Assembly: GCA_021323255.1 (NCBI GenBank)
Contig: JAJTCL010000002.1
Coordinates: 1 to 53,545, forward strand
Source of the DNA: Propionibacteriaceae bacterium
GTDB lineage: Bacteria; Actinomycetota; Actinomycetes; Propionibacteriales; Propionibacteriaceae
Direction: 5' to 3'
DNA: 53,545 nt
The notes below the pieces were generated by a model that was given only the letters and a program-made list of their open reading frames with translations, made no database searches and was not told the DNA's origin. Positions 8,710-17,353 of this stretch are shown in pieces (position 1 is the first letter of the stretch; the number at the start of each line of letters is the position of its first letter). Position numbers and translations under genes: made by a program.

Positions 8710-9909
8710 ATGAGCACCCACCCGGAGACCACGCGGCCCACAGCGCAGGAGATTGAAGGCTGGTACTCCGCCGCAGCGTGCTCGGTCGAGGAGTTCGCTG
8801 CGCTGGTGGAGACGAGAACCGACCCGGCCGACTACCCCTGGGCGGACGATGTCATTCAGAACGTCCTCATCTATGGCAGGAGGATTCAGTCCGCGTTAGT
8901 CAACGAAGAATCCCGCCGGGCAATTCAGACTGAGCTCGCGCAGGCGCTGCTGACCGGGCCGGGCATCGTCGTCTTCAGGCAAGCGTTTGACCCCTCGGTC
9001 GTGGATCGCGGGACCAAGGCATTCGAGGCCTTGATCGCGGCGCAGAAGGCAGCGGGCGTGCAGTCAGGGGATCACTTCGCCAAGCCAGGTGCAAACGATC
9101 GGGTCTGGGGCGCGCTGGACAAGCTGGCGGTTAGCGACCCGGCCGTCTTCGCTGATTACTACGACAATGACGTGTTGGCTCTGATCAGCACCGCGTGGCT
9201 CGGGCCCGAGTATCAAGTGACCTCGCAGATCAATGTCGTGAACCCGGGCGGGCAGGCTCAGGTGGCACATCGTGATTATCATCTCGGCTTCATGTCAGCC
9301 GAGCAGTCGGCACGATTCCCCGCACATGTGCACCAGCTGACGGCAGCGCTCACTTTGCAAGGGGCGGTGGCACATTGCGACATGCCGGTGGAAACTGGAC
9401 CAACGCTCTACCTTCCGCATTCGCAGAAGTACGGGCCGGGTTACCTCGCCTTTCACCAGCCGGACTTCACTTCCTACTTCGAGTCCCACTACGTTCAGTT
9501 GCCCCTAGTGAAAGGTGACGCGGCGTTCTTCAACCCGGCGCTCTTCCACGGAGCCGGCACGAATCGGACAGCTGACGTACGCCGGATGGCCAACCTGCTG
9601 CAGATCTCCTCAGCCTTCGGCCGTGCCATGGAAGCGGTCGATCGAACTGCCGTCTCGCGTGCCCTGTTCCAGGTGCTGGCCGCCCGGCTGGCGGCCGGGG
9701 CCAGCGAAGCTTCGATCAACAATGTGATCGCGGCTTCCGCCGAGGGCTACGCCTTTCCAACCAACCTCGACCGCGACCCGCCCGTCGACGGACTGGCGCC
9801 GCAAACGCAGGCCGAGCTTGTCTGGCAAGCCCTGAGCGAGGGCTGGAGCCTGGCCGCTTTCGGCAAGGCACTCGGGGAGCATGCTCACCGGCGGAAGAGT
9901 GAAGTCTGA
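8710..9909 (+). CDS. Phytanoyl-CoA dioxygenase (PhyH) family Fe(II)/2-oxoglutarate dioxygenase
   Basis: HRDYH (HxD), GPTLYLPHSQ and FHGAGTNR motifs. GGAGG upstream. Confidence 0.85.
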   Translation: MSTHPETTRPTAQEIEGWYSAAACSVEEFAALVETRTDPADYPWADDVIQNVLIYGRRIQSALVNEESRRAIQTELAQALLTGPGIVVFRQAFDPSVVDRGTKAFEALIAAQKAAGVQSGDHFAKPGANDRVWGALDKLAVSDPAVFADYYDNDVLALISTAWLGPEYQVTSQINVVNPGGQAQVAHRDYHLGFMSAEQSARFPAHVHQLTAALTLQGAVAHCDMPVETGPTLYLPHSQKYGPGYLAFHQPDFTSYFESHYVQLPLVKGDAAFFNPALFHGAGTNRTADVRRMANLLQISSAFGRAMEAVDRTAVSRALFQVLAARLAAGASEASINNVIAASAEGYAFPTNLDRDPPVDGLAPQTQAELVWQALSEGWSLAAFGKALGEHAHRRKSEV

Positions 9910-9914
9910 AGCCG

Positions 9915-10039
9915 ATGCTCCTCGAGGACAAGATCATCCTGATCAGGCCGCGAAAGCGGGCCTGGTGGACCTCAGGCGCAATGCGGCCTATGCTCACCGC
10001 TTCGACTGGGACCAGAACGTAGTCGGCTGCTATGACTGA
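9915..10039 (+). pseudogene. Collapsed SDR oxidoreductase remnant
   Basis: Three stitched pieces: MLLEDKIILI / AKAGLVDLRRNAAYAHRF / DWDQNVVGCYD*, i.e. SDR N-terminus, catalytic-Lys region and C-terminus. Confidence 0.7.
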
Positions 10040-10097
10040 GTAATCTGTGCGCGCCGGTGGCCTGCCCCGAGCTCCATTATCCTCGCCGGTTAGTCAG

Positions 10098-10150
10098 ATT
10101 GTCCTATTGACAGGACAATATGCCCCCGATACCTTTGCGGGAGCGCTGCC
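10098..10150 (+). promoter_or_regulatory. Promoter of the 10199 operon with two operator-like sites
   Basis: TTGACA(10107)-N17-TACCTT(10130). IR ATTGTCCT-N6-AGGACAAT (10098-10119). LacI-like GGGAGCGCTGCC just downstream. Confidence 0.6.
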
Positions 10151-10198
10151 AAGTGCCTATAGCGCCCCTGACCAGGTACCACTCGAAGGAGAGGATCC

Positions 10199-11398
10199 AT
10201 GACGATCGGCATCGCAGTGATCGGAGCGGGGATGGCGGGCCGGGCGCACGCAGCAGCGTACCGAAGTGCACCGACGCTGTACCGCTCCACATTGCCGGAC
10301 CTGCGATTCATCTCCATCGGAGACATCAGTCCCGAGCTCGGCTCGCTCGCTGCCCGGCGTTTCGGATACGAGCACAACGACACTTCCTGGCAGGCCATTG
10401 CGGAGAACCCCGACATCAATGTCGTCAGCGTGGTCGTGGCCAATTCCCTGCATCGTGAGATCGTTGAGGGTCTGGTCGCTGCCGGCAAGCACGTGCTCTG
10501 CGAAAAGCCGCTGAGCGACAACCTCGAGGATGCACGCGCCATGGCGGACCTCGCCCGCAGCGCTGACACTGTGGTCCGCATCGGCTTCACCTTCCGCCGG
10601 GCGCCTGGCGTTGCTGCTCTCCACGAGCTCGTCACCTCAGGCATGCTGGGTCGCATCCTGCACGTCCACGGCCGGTACTGGTGTGACTACGCGAGCGACC
10701 CGAAGGGGCCCATCAGTTGGCGGTACAAGGGAGCCCCGGGATCGGGGGCACTCGCCGACATCGGCAGCCACGTCGCCTATCTCGTCGAGTTCCTCGGCGG
10801 CGACGTTCAGGAGGTGAGCGGCGGCCGGTTCGCGACTGCCATCACGGAGCGGCCGGTACCCCTCGGCACCGTTGTCGGCCATGGGCAAGCCGCGCTAAGC
10901 GACACCTATGAGGCCGTCGAGAACGACGACTACGCCAGCTTCAGCGCCCAGTTCGAGCACGCCGTGGGCGTGGTGCAGGTCTCGCGTGTCGCCGCCGGCT
11001 ATCCGAACGGCCTCGCGCTCGAGGTCTTCGGTGACGCCGGTGCCGCGAGGTGGGAGCAGGAGCGTTCCGGCGAATTCCAGCTCACGTTGAACGAGGGCGC
11101 CGCCGGCACGCGCGGCTACCGGCGAGTGATCATCGGTCCGGACCACCCGTATTTCGCCGGGGGCCTGCCGATGGACGCACCCGGCGTGGGCATTGGGCAG
11201 AACGATGGCTTCGTCTTCCAGGCGCGCGCCTTTCTCGAAGAGGTCGCGGGCATCGACGAGCCTGATTCGCTGCCTCGCAATGCCTCGTTCGACGAGGGCG
11301 TACACAACATGGAGATCCTGGCAGCAGTCGCCGAATCGGCCGCCAATGGTGGCGCCACGGTCAAGGTCGCGCCACAGCGGGCGGAGGTGGAACGATGA
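10199..11398 (+). CDS. Gfo/Idh/MocA oxidoreductase
   Basis: IAVIGAGMAG, HVLCEKP, GALADIGSH. Confidence 0.92.
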   Translation: MTIGIAVIGAGMAGRAHAAAYRSAPTLYRSTLPDLRFISIGDISPELGSLAARRFGYEHNDTSWQAIAENPDINVVSVVVANSLHREIVEGLVAAGKHVLCEKPLSDNLEDARAMADLARSADTVVRIGFTFRRAPGVAALHELVTSGMLGRILHVHGRYWCDYASDPKGPISWRYKGAPGSGALADIGSHVAYLVEFLGGDVQEVSGGRFATAITERPVPLGTVVGHGQAALSDTYEAVENDDYASFSAQFEHAVGVVQVSRVAAGYPNGLALEVFGDAGAARWEQERSGEFQLTLNEGAAGTRGYRRVIIGPDHPYFAGGLPMDAPGVGIGQNDGFVFQARAFLEEVAGIDEPDSLPRNASFDEGVHNMEILAAVAESAANGGATVKVAPQRAEVER

Positions 11399-12402
11399 AG
11401 TTCGGGGTTTACAACGCGATCTTGCACGACCGGTCACTGCCGGAGGCGATCGAGGTGATCGCCAAGCTCGGCCTCACTGGCATCGAGCTCAACTCAGGCG
11501 GCTTCCTGCCGCCGGTACACATCCCCACCTTCGACGACATCCTCACCTCCGACACCGCGCGTGATGACTTCCTTGGACAGTTCGAAGGCACGGGCGTTGA
11601 GATCGCAGGCCTGAACTGCAATGGCAACCCGCTGCACCCCGATGCTGTGATCGGTCCCAAGCATGCCGAGGATGTACGGCGGAGCATCCGGCTCGCCAAT
11701 CGGCTGGGCCAGCACCGCGTTGTGACGATGTCTGGCCTGCCGGCCGGAGAGCCCGGCGGCAAACGGCCGAACTGGATAGTGAACGCATGGAACTCTGCCG
11801 CGCTCGACGTACTCGATTACCAATGGAGTGTCGCAGCGGAATTTTGGCGCGAGATCGACCGGGAGGCGGCCGACCTCGACGTGAAGGTCGCGCTCGAGCT
11901 GCACCCGCAGAATATCGTGTTCAACCCAGCCGGTATGCGCGAACTCGTGGAACGCACCGGTGCTACCAACGTCGGTGTGGAACTCGACGCCTCGCACTTG
12001 TTCTGGCAATGGATGGACCCGGTGGCCGTCGCACAAGACCTTGGTCCGCTGGTGTTCCACGCGGCAGCGAAGGACGTACGCATCAACCCTGCGGCCGCTG
12101 TTTACGGTGTGCTCGACAACAGGTTCCGCCGGCTGAGTCCGGATGAACCACGTACCAATCTTGGTGGCGATGAGTGGGCCAATGAATGGCCGCAGGACGC
12201 CGCGTGGGACTTCGTTGCACTCGGTCGCGGGCACGACGCCGTCTACTGGTCGACCTGGCTCGCTGCCTTGCACGCAATCGATCCCGACATGCTCGTCAAC
12301 ATCGAGCACGAGGACGTCTCACTCGGCCGCATCGAAGGCCTCGAGGTCGCGGCCGGGGTATTGCTCGATGCGGCCCGGCGGGCAGGCCTGTCGAATTCTT
12401 GA
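11395..12402 (+). CDS. Sugar phosphate isomerase/epimerase (xylose isomerase-like TIM barrel)
   Basis: LELHP, ELDASHLFWQ, HAAAKD, NIEHED. ATGA overlap with the upstream gene. Confidence 0.9.
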   Translation: MKFGVYNAILHDRSLPEAIEVIAKLGLTGIELNSGGFLPPVHIPTFDDILTSDTARDDFLGQFEGTGVEIAGLNCNGNPLHPDAVIGPKHAEDVRRSIRLANRLGQHRVVTMSGLPAGEPGGKRPNWIVNAWNSAALDVLDYQWSVAAEFWREIDREAADLDVKVALELHPQNIVFNPAGMRELVERTGATNVGVELDASHLFWQWMDPVAVAQDLGPLVFHAAAKDVRINPAAAVYGVLDNRFRRLSPDEPRTNLGGDEWANEWPQDAAWDFVALGRGHDAVYWSTWLAALHAIDPDMLVNIEHEDVSLGRIEGLEVAAGVLLDAARRAGLSNS

Positions 12403-12417
12403 GCTGCTCGCGGATCA

Positions 12418-12483
12418 CGGGTTGCCAACGCTGAGCTGATCGACGAGGTGTATCGAAGGGCCGGACTGTCACCTCGCAGCTAG
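12418..12483 (+). pseudogene. C-terminal remnant of another Gfo/Idh/MocA gene
   Basis: VANAELIDEVYRRAGLSPRS* resembles the C-terminal helix of this family. Confidence 0.45.
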
Positions 12484-12528
12484 GACGACGCGTTTGCCAT
12501 CTCACGATGGCTGGCGAGGCACCCTCGC

Positions 12529-13347
12529 TCAGGGCACTCGTTGTTCGTCTCGAGATTGCCAACGTGCAAAGGTGAAGGCTTCGCGGAAGCGCTCGAGTGC
12601 AAGCTCGCTATCACCGGATGCCCAGGCTTCCATTCCGACCGTGCCCTGATAGCCGATATCGTGTAGCGCCTGGGCAATGCGGGAATAGTTGATCTCCCCT
12701 GTCCCGGGCTCGCAACGGCCTGGAACATCGGCAACCTGGATTTCACCGATGTACGGTGCACACTTCTTGATCAACTCCACGAGGTTCCCCTCGCCGATCT
12801 GGGCATGGTAGATGTCCAGCATCAGCCGGAGATGAGGGTCGTCGACGGCAGCCACCAGCGCCAAAGTGTCGGTGGCTTTGGCGAATGGCGTACCTGGATG
12901 ATCAACGGCAGTGTTGAGATTCTCTAGACAGAAGATCACTCCCTCGCGCTGGCCGAGTTCCGCGATCCGCACCAGAGTGTCTTCGGCCTTGAGCCACATA
13001 TCTCCGGTGATCACTTCCACCGGCTTGATCGGCAGGCCACGGCCGTCCAACCCAGTGCCGTGCAGGTTAAGTCGAGGGACGCCGAGTTCTGCCGCAACTG
13101 GAATGGATTGCGCTGCGGTGGCGAGAAGTTCCTCGGCTCCCTCTGGATCAATGAGGTCGCCGGTGACATAGCCAGTCATCGAGGAGAACCTGGCTTCTGT
13201 CGACCGCAGACTATCGATGTCGTGTCGTGTCCAATCCCAGATCTCTACCTGAAAACCAAGATCATCGATCCGCCGCACGCGCTCGCTCATGGGCAGCTCG
13301 GTGAAGATCATCTCCGCGCAGGCGGCCAGCGTGAAGTCGGCCATCAT
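12529..13347 (-). CDS. Hydroxypyruvate isomerase family TIM-barrel protein
   Basis: LENLN, LDIYHAQIGEGN, QVADVPGRCEPGTGEINY. Confidence 0.9.
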   Translation of the reverse strand: MMADFTLAACAEMIFTELPMSERVRRIDDLGFQVEIWDWTRHDIDSLRSTEARFSSMTGYVTGDLIDPEGAEELLATAAQSIPVAAELGVPRLNLHGTGLDGRGLPIKPVEVITGDMWLKAEDTLVRIAELGQREGVIFCLENLNTAVDHPGTPFAKATDTLALVAAVDDPHLRLMLDIYHAQIGEGNLVELIKKCAPYIGEIQVADVPGRCEPGTGEINYSRIAQALHDIGYQGTVGMEAWASGDSELALERFREAFTFARWQSRDEQRVP

Positions 13348-14378
13348 CGCGCCAGCGTCGCGGCGGACCGATCAATGGGGATCGGCGCATGTGTTCGAAC
13401 CGACTCGATGCAGGCCAGTGCCACAGCGAGCGCACGACGTGCATCCCGGCCGGTCACGTATGGCTGGCGCGCTTGCTGTATCGCGGCGACGAATTCAACG
13501 AACTCTGCGGCATAGGCATCGCCCATCAGTTCGACATCACCGCGCGCCGTCTCTTGGTGCAGTCCGGTGGCATCGCGCAGCATCATGGCCGTGCGTGCGC
13601 CGTTGCCGGCAGTCACCATGCCGGCCGAGCCGAAGACTTCCGCCCGCACGTCGTAGCCGTACGCGGCGGAGAAGCTCGCTTCAGCGACCGCGCGGGCCCC
13701 ATTGTCGAACGTGATCACCACAATGGCCGTGTCGAGCAGACCGGACGCCTTGAAGTCCGGCGCCACCAATGCATCGGCCGTCGCATACACCTCGACCGGG
13801 TCAGCCTCGGGATTGAGCCACAGCAACGCGTCGAAGTCGTGGATCAACGTCTGCAGGAAGATAGTCCAGGGCGGCACTGCGCCCGGGTTCGCTAGGCCGG
13901 GGTCTCGGGTGAGGGAGCGAAGTAGTTGGGGCATACCAATCGCGCCGCGGACGATGGCGTCGTGGGTGGCTCGGAAGTCTCTGGCAAAGCGGCGATTGAA
14001 CCCCACCTGGAGGATGACTCCTGCTGCCTCGACTGCGGCAAGCGAGCGAGCCGACTCCTCCAATGTCAGTGAAGCTGGCTTCTCGCAGAAGATCGGCTTT
14101 CCAGCCGCCGCGCAGGCCACGATCAGGTCTGCATGCGCTTCGGCCGACGCGGCGATCACGACCGCTTCGACACTGTTGTCCTTGATCAGTTGGAGCGGGT
14201 CCGCGACAGCATCGGCGCCGAAGCGATCGGCAAGAGACCCAGCAGCGTCAGTACGAGTATCAGCCACCATGGTCAGCTGCGCGCCGGGCACCCGCTCGGC
14301 AAGAATCTGGGCATGTGAGGTGCCGATCCGGCCGGCGCCTATGAGCCCAACGCCGATCATCGGAGAAGAAGGTGTCAT
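13344..14378 (-). CDS. Inositol 2-dehydrogenase-like Gfo/Idh/MocA oxidoreductase
   Basis: GLIGAGRIG, FCEKP, GFNRRF, TRDP, IHDFD, YGYDVRAEVFG. Confidence 0.88.
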   Translation of the reverse strand: MTPSSPMIGVGLIGAGRIGTSHAQILAERVPGAQLTMVADTRTDAAGSLADRFGADAVADPLQLIKDNSVEAVVIAASAEAHADLIVACAAAGKPIFCEKPASLTLEESARSLAAVEAAGVILQVGFNRRFARDFRATHDAIVRGAIGMPQLLRSLTRDPGLANPGAVPPWTIFLQTLIHDFDALLWLNPEADPVEVYATADALVAPDFKASGLLDTAIVVITFDNGARAVAEASFSAAYGYDVRAEVFGSAGMVTAGNGARTAMMLRDATGLHQETARGDVELMGDAYAAEFVEFVAAIQQARQPYVTGRDARRALAVALACIESVRTHAPIPIDRSAATLAR

Positions 14379-14388
14379 GGAGGCCTCC

Positions 14389-14464
14389 TACTAGAGCGCT
14401 CTAGTATGTTACGACACTTCGGGAAGAAGTCAAACCTGTTGATCTCTGGGACTAGCGCGCTCTA
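14389..14464. promoter_or_regulatory. Pair of LacI-family operators in the divergent promoter
   Basis: Perfect palindrome TACTAGAGCGCTCTAGTA (14389-14406) and a variant CTAGCGCGCTCTAG starting at ~14452, both CG-centred. Confidence 0.85.
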
Positions 14465-14511
14465 GGCTTTCAAGGTCGAGAAGAGCTTCCTACGAATCAG
14501 GAAGGGCAACA

Positions 14512-15543
14512 ATGAGGGATGCCCCGGCACCCCGAGCGCGGCCCACGATGGAGGATGTGGCTGCTCGGGCCGGCGTTTCCCGGGCTCTTGTGTCGATCGT
14601 GTTCCGTAACCAACCTGGTGCCAGTGAGGCGACCAGGCAGCGGGTACGCGATGTAGCCAGCAAGCTGGGCTACGCACCCGACCAGCGTGCGCGGCTCCTC
14701 GGGCGCAAGCGCACCGGGCAACTCGGGGTGGCATTCGGCTTGCAGCATGGTTTCCACGGCGAGCTGGTGGAAGCAATGTACGCACCGGCCGAGCACACTG
14801 GATACGAGCTCGTCCTGACTGGATTTGCACCGTCACGCAGTGAGGGACGTGCCATCGACGATTTGCTTGCCTACCGGTGTGAGGCCGTCATCGTGGTGGG
14901 CCCGACGATGCGTACCCGGGACCTGGTCGCGCTCAGCAAACAGCTGCCGACTGTCGTGCTGGCGAGACGAGTTCCCGGCGGCGCGGTGGATGTCGTGCGG
15001 ACCGATGACATCGACGGCGCTCGCCAAGCAACCCAGCACCTCATTGCGCAAGGGCATCAGCGGATCCTGCACATCGACGGCGGGCGTGCACCGGGAGCGG
15101 CAGAGCGCCGCCGGGGGTACCGCCAGTCGTTGGTGGCCGCCGGGCTAGACCCCATGCCATTTATCGGCGGTGGCCTGACCGAGATGGACGGTGCCCGAGC
15201 CGGCAATACAGTCGCGGCTATGCTCCGCAGGCGGCGAGGCAAGCCCAGCGCAGTCTTCGCCTTCAACGACCAGTGCGCACTTGGGCTACTGCAGGCCGTA
15301 GGCGCTGCCGGTTTCACCGTCCCAGACGATCTGGCCGTGGTGGGCTACGACGACAGTCGTGTAGCCCGGTTGCCGTGGGTCGAGCTGACAACCATCGGTC
15401 AGGATGTCCGGGAGCTAGCCAAGAAGGCCGTTGATCAGGCCAGTGCTCGCATCCATCACCCAGCAGATCGACTCGAGACCATCGTTTCCCCTGAACTGGT
15501 GGTCAGGAGTACCTCACGCGCCACGAAATCGCCTAGGCGCTGA
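14512..15543 (+). CDS. LacI family transcriptional regulator
   Basis: PTMEDVAARAGVSRALVS HTH, FAFNDQCA, VPDDLAVVGYDD. Confidence 0.95.
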   Translation: MRDAPAPRARPTMEDVAARAGVSRALVSIVFRNQPGASEATRQRVRDVASKLGYAPDQRARLLGRKRTGQLGVAFGLQHGFHGELVEAMYAPAEHTGYELVLTGFAPSRSEGRAIDDLLAYRCEAVIVVGPTMRTRDLVALSKQLPTVVLARRVPGGAVDVVRTDDIDGARQATQHLIAQGHQRILHIDGGRAPGAAERRRGYRQSLVAAGLDPMPFIGGGLTEMDGARAGNTVAAMLRRRRGKPSAVFAFNDQCALGLLQAVGAAGFTVPDDLAVVGYDDSRVARLPWVELTTIGQDVRELAKKAVDQASARIHHPADRLETIVSPELVVRSTSRATKSPRR

Positions 15544-15565
15544 CTTAATCGGTGGCTGTACCCGC

Positions 15566-16255
15566 TTACGCCACCCGCTCGGTAGCAAGCTCCTCGGCAA
15601 GCATGTGTGCGAAGACGGCAGTCGTCGAAGTGTGATTGCCCAGGAAATCTCGGGGTCGGCCCATCGAGTCGCGACTGGCCCGGATGTAGTCCTCACTCCC
15701 TGGCCGAGGCTTGACGTGCAGGAACATCGGCAACCCGTAGCGCAGACAGATGAAGGCGACGAGCAGTCTTGCGACCCGGCCGTTGCCATTGGCGAAGGGA
15801 TGAACGCGCAAGCACTCGCCATGGGCGAGCGCGGCAAAGCTGATCAGCGCGAGTATCTCGTCTGGGGTGGTCGGTGACTTCCCCGTGGGCAGCCGAGCGT
15901 CCAGCTCCACGAAGACTGCGCCCAGCCCGGCGAGCACCGCATCAATCTCCTCACCCACCTGGCGCGCCCAGACGCCCATCTTTTCCAGATTGCCGTCCTT
16001 CAACCGCGCACCCAGTCCAACTTCGTAGTCGATCAGCTCTGGGACGGCCGGGTCGCCGCGAAGATGCCCGACATAGCCGGCAACCGGCACGTCACATCCG
16101 GCGTAGAGCCGCGCATGCCAGCGGCAGAGTTCCTCGCGAGTGGGCAGGACGCGATCAGTGGCAGTCGCGCGCAGCTCGGTGATGAGTTGCGTGACATTGC
16201 CTTGGATCAGCGAGAGATTCTTTGGGTCGTCTTCCTGCCACCACGGAGCTGTCAT
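15566..16255 (-). CDS. Fic-domain protein (putative toxin)
   Basis: HPFANGNGRVAR Fic motif. Translationally coupled to the upstream small gene. Confidence 0.85.
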   Translation of the reverse strand: MTAPWWQEDDPKNLSLIQGNVTQLITELRATATDRVLPTREELCRWHARLYAGCDVPVAGYVGHLRGDPAVPELIDYEVGLGARLKDGNLEKMGVWARQVGEEIDAVLAGLGAVFVELDARLPTGKSPTTPDEILALISFAALAHGECLRVHPFANGNGRVARLLVAFICLRYGLPMFLHVKPRPGSEDYIRASRDSMGRPRDFLGNHTSTTAVFAHMLAEELATERVA

Positions 16256-16635
16256 GCCAGCCCGGTACGCGCCGATCTATAGATCGTCGTCACGTCCGGG
16301 GCGGGGTGGGAACGGTCGGCAGCGACTCGATCGACTGTGGCGGCAGGCTGCATGGGTCCGGTTTGCAGCGGCTCCGGCAGGCCTTCTCCCGCCACGAAAC
16401 GCGCCAGACCGCGGGCCTGGATCCGCTCGTGTTGCTCCTGGGTTAGCTCGGCCAACCGATCTGCGGCAGCCCGCAGATCCTCGCTCAGCATCCCGCCGCG
16501 TGCGACGACCTCATGTTCGATTGCCTGCTCGATCAGCTCGTTCTGACTGATGCCCAATCGGGCGGCGACCTCAGCGGTCAGGGTCCGAAGCTTCTCGTTA
16601 CGCCAGCGCAGTGGGAATGCAGCTCGCGGTGCCAT
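16252..16635 (-). CDS. Ribbon-helix-helix-like protein, putative antitoxin of the Fic protein
   Basis: N-terminal AFPLRW..LRTLTAEVAARLGISQNELIEQAI (RHH pattern), ATGA overlap with fic, GGAGG RBS. Confidence 0.65.
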   Translation of the reverse strand: MAPRAAFPLRWRNEKLRTLTAEVAARLGISQNELIEQAIEHEVVARGGMLSEDLRAAADRLAELTQEQHERIQARGLARFVAGEGLPEPLQTGPMQPAATVDRVAADRSHPAPDVTTIYRSARTGLA

Positions 16636-16669
16636 GCCTCCAGCATGCTGTGATTCTGCGTGATGTCAA
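16636..16669 (-). promoter_or_regulatory. Own promoter of the RHH-fic pair with ATCAC direct repeats
   Basis: Minus strand TTGACATCACGCAGAATCACAGCATGCTGGAGGC-ATG. The -35 overlaps the vapC stop. Confidence 0.5.
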
Positions 16670-17094
16670 GACGAGCGTATGACATCAGGCTCATGCTTCG
16701 CTCCTGACAACACTTCAACTGCACACATGATCTGCGGCGCCCTGGAAAGACGTGCATCAGCGGTAACCAGCGTTGTCCCGAGCAGCTCAGCCAGTGCGAC
16801 ATAACTCGCGTCATAGGCCGTCAGGTTGTCACGCAGGTCCCAGCAACGTGTCAGAAGTTCGCGATGTGATGCCCGGCGAAGCGAGAGATCACGGAGGTCC
16901 GCAAGCGCCTCGCGCGCACGACGTTCATCCACCTTTCCAACGCGGAGCAGCCCGCGCAACGCGGATGTGACCTCAAGATCGACTAATTCTGGCGCGGCCA
17001 GCTCTTCCCCTCGCAGGCGGGCTCGCGCAGTGTCTCCCCAAACCCCGTCATCGACGAAGACAGCGACAAGAACACCCGCGTCAGTGACTATCAC
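16666..17094 (-). CDS. vapC: VapC PIN-domain toxin
   Basis: MIVTDAGVL, ELVDLE, LTAYDASYVALAE, LVTAD acidic PIN residues. GTG start overlaps the end of the antitoxin gene. Confidence 0.9.
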   Translation of the reverse strand: MIVTDAGVLVAVFVDDGVWGDTARARLRGEELAAPELVDLEVTSALRGLLRVGKVDERRAREALADLRDLSLRRASHRELLTRCWDLRDNLTAYDASYVALAELLGTTLVTADARLSRAPQIMCAVEVLSGAKHEPDVIRSS

Positions 17095-17311
17095 GATCCG
17101 CCCGGATGATGGCATTGATGTCGTCGAAACTTACCGATCCCCCAGATCGGCTAGCTGCGCGTTCAAGAACCTCATCAAGCGTTGGTCGATCAGCCTCTTC
17201 GATGAGGTGCTGCAGGAGGTATTCCTGCAGCGACTGATGCGCGGCGGTGGCCCGCTTCCGCAACACCGCATGGGTGCGTTCGGGCACACCCTTGATCTGG
17301 ATGCTCGTCAT
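17081..17311 (-). CDS. vapB: VapB/FitA-like RHH antitoxin
   Basis: MTSIQIKGVPERTHAVLRKRATAAHQSLQEYL, directly upstream of vapC. Confidence 0.88.
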   Translation of the reverse strand: MTSIQIKGVPERTHAVLRKRATAAHQSLQEYLLQHLIEEADRPTLDEVLERAASRSGGSVSFDDINAIIRADRDSH

Positions 17312-17346
17312 GGCGCCATTTTGGCGCCACTGGCGCCAAAATGCAA
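17311..17346 (-). promoter_or_regulatory. Leaderless vapBC promoter with autoregulatory operator
   Basis: TTGCAT-N17-CAAAAT-N6-ATG. Perfect 13-bp IR CATTTTGGCGCCA-C-TGGCGCCAAAATG (17317-17343), three TGGCGCCA copies. Confidence 0.75.
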
Positions 17347-17353
17347 GCAATCA

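Noticed and set aside
12401-12481. Possible sixth A element (GAGCTGCTCGCG...CTCGCAGCT ends)
   Set aside because: The interior has no zipper core and reads better as the C-terminus of a Gfo/Idh/MocA gene. The end match may be chance.
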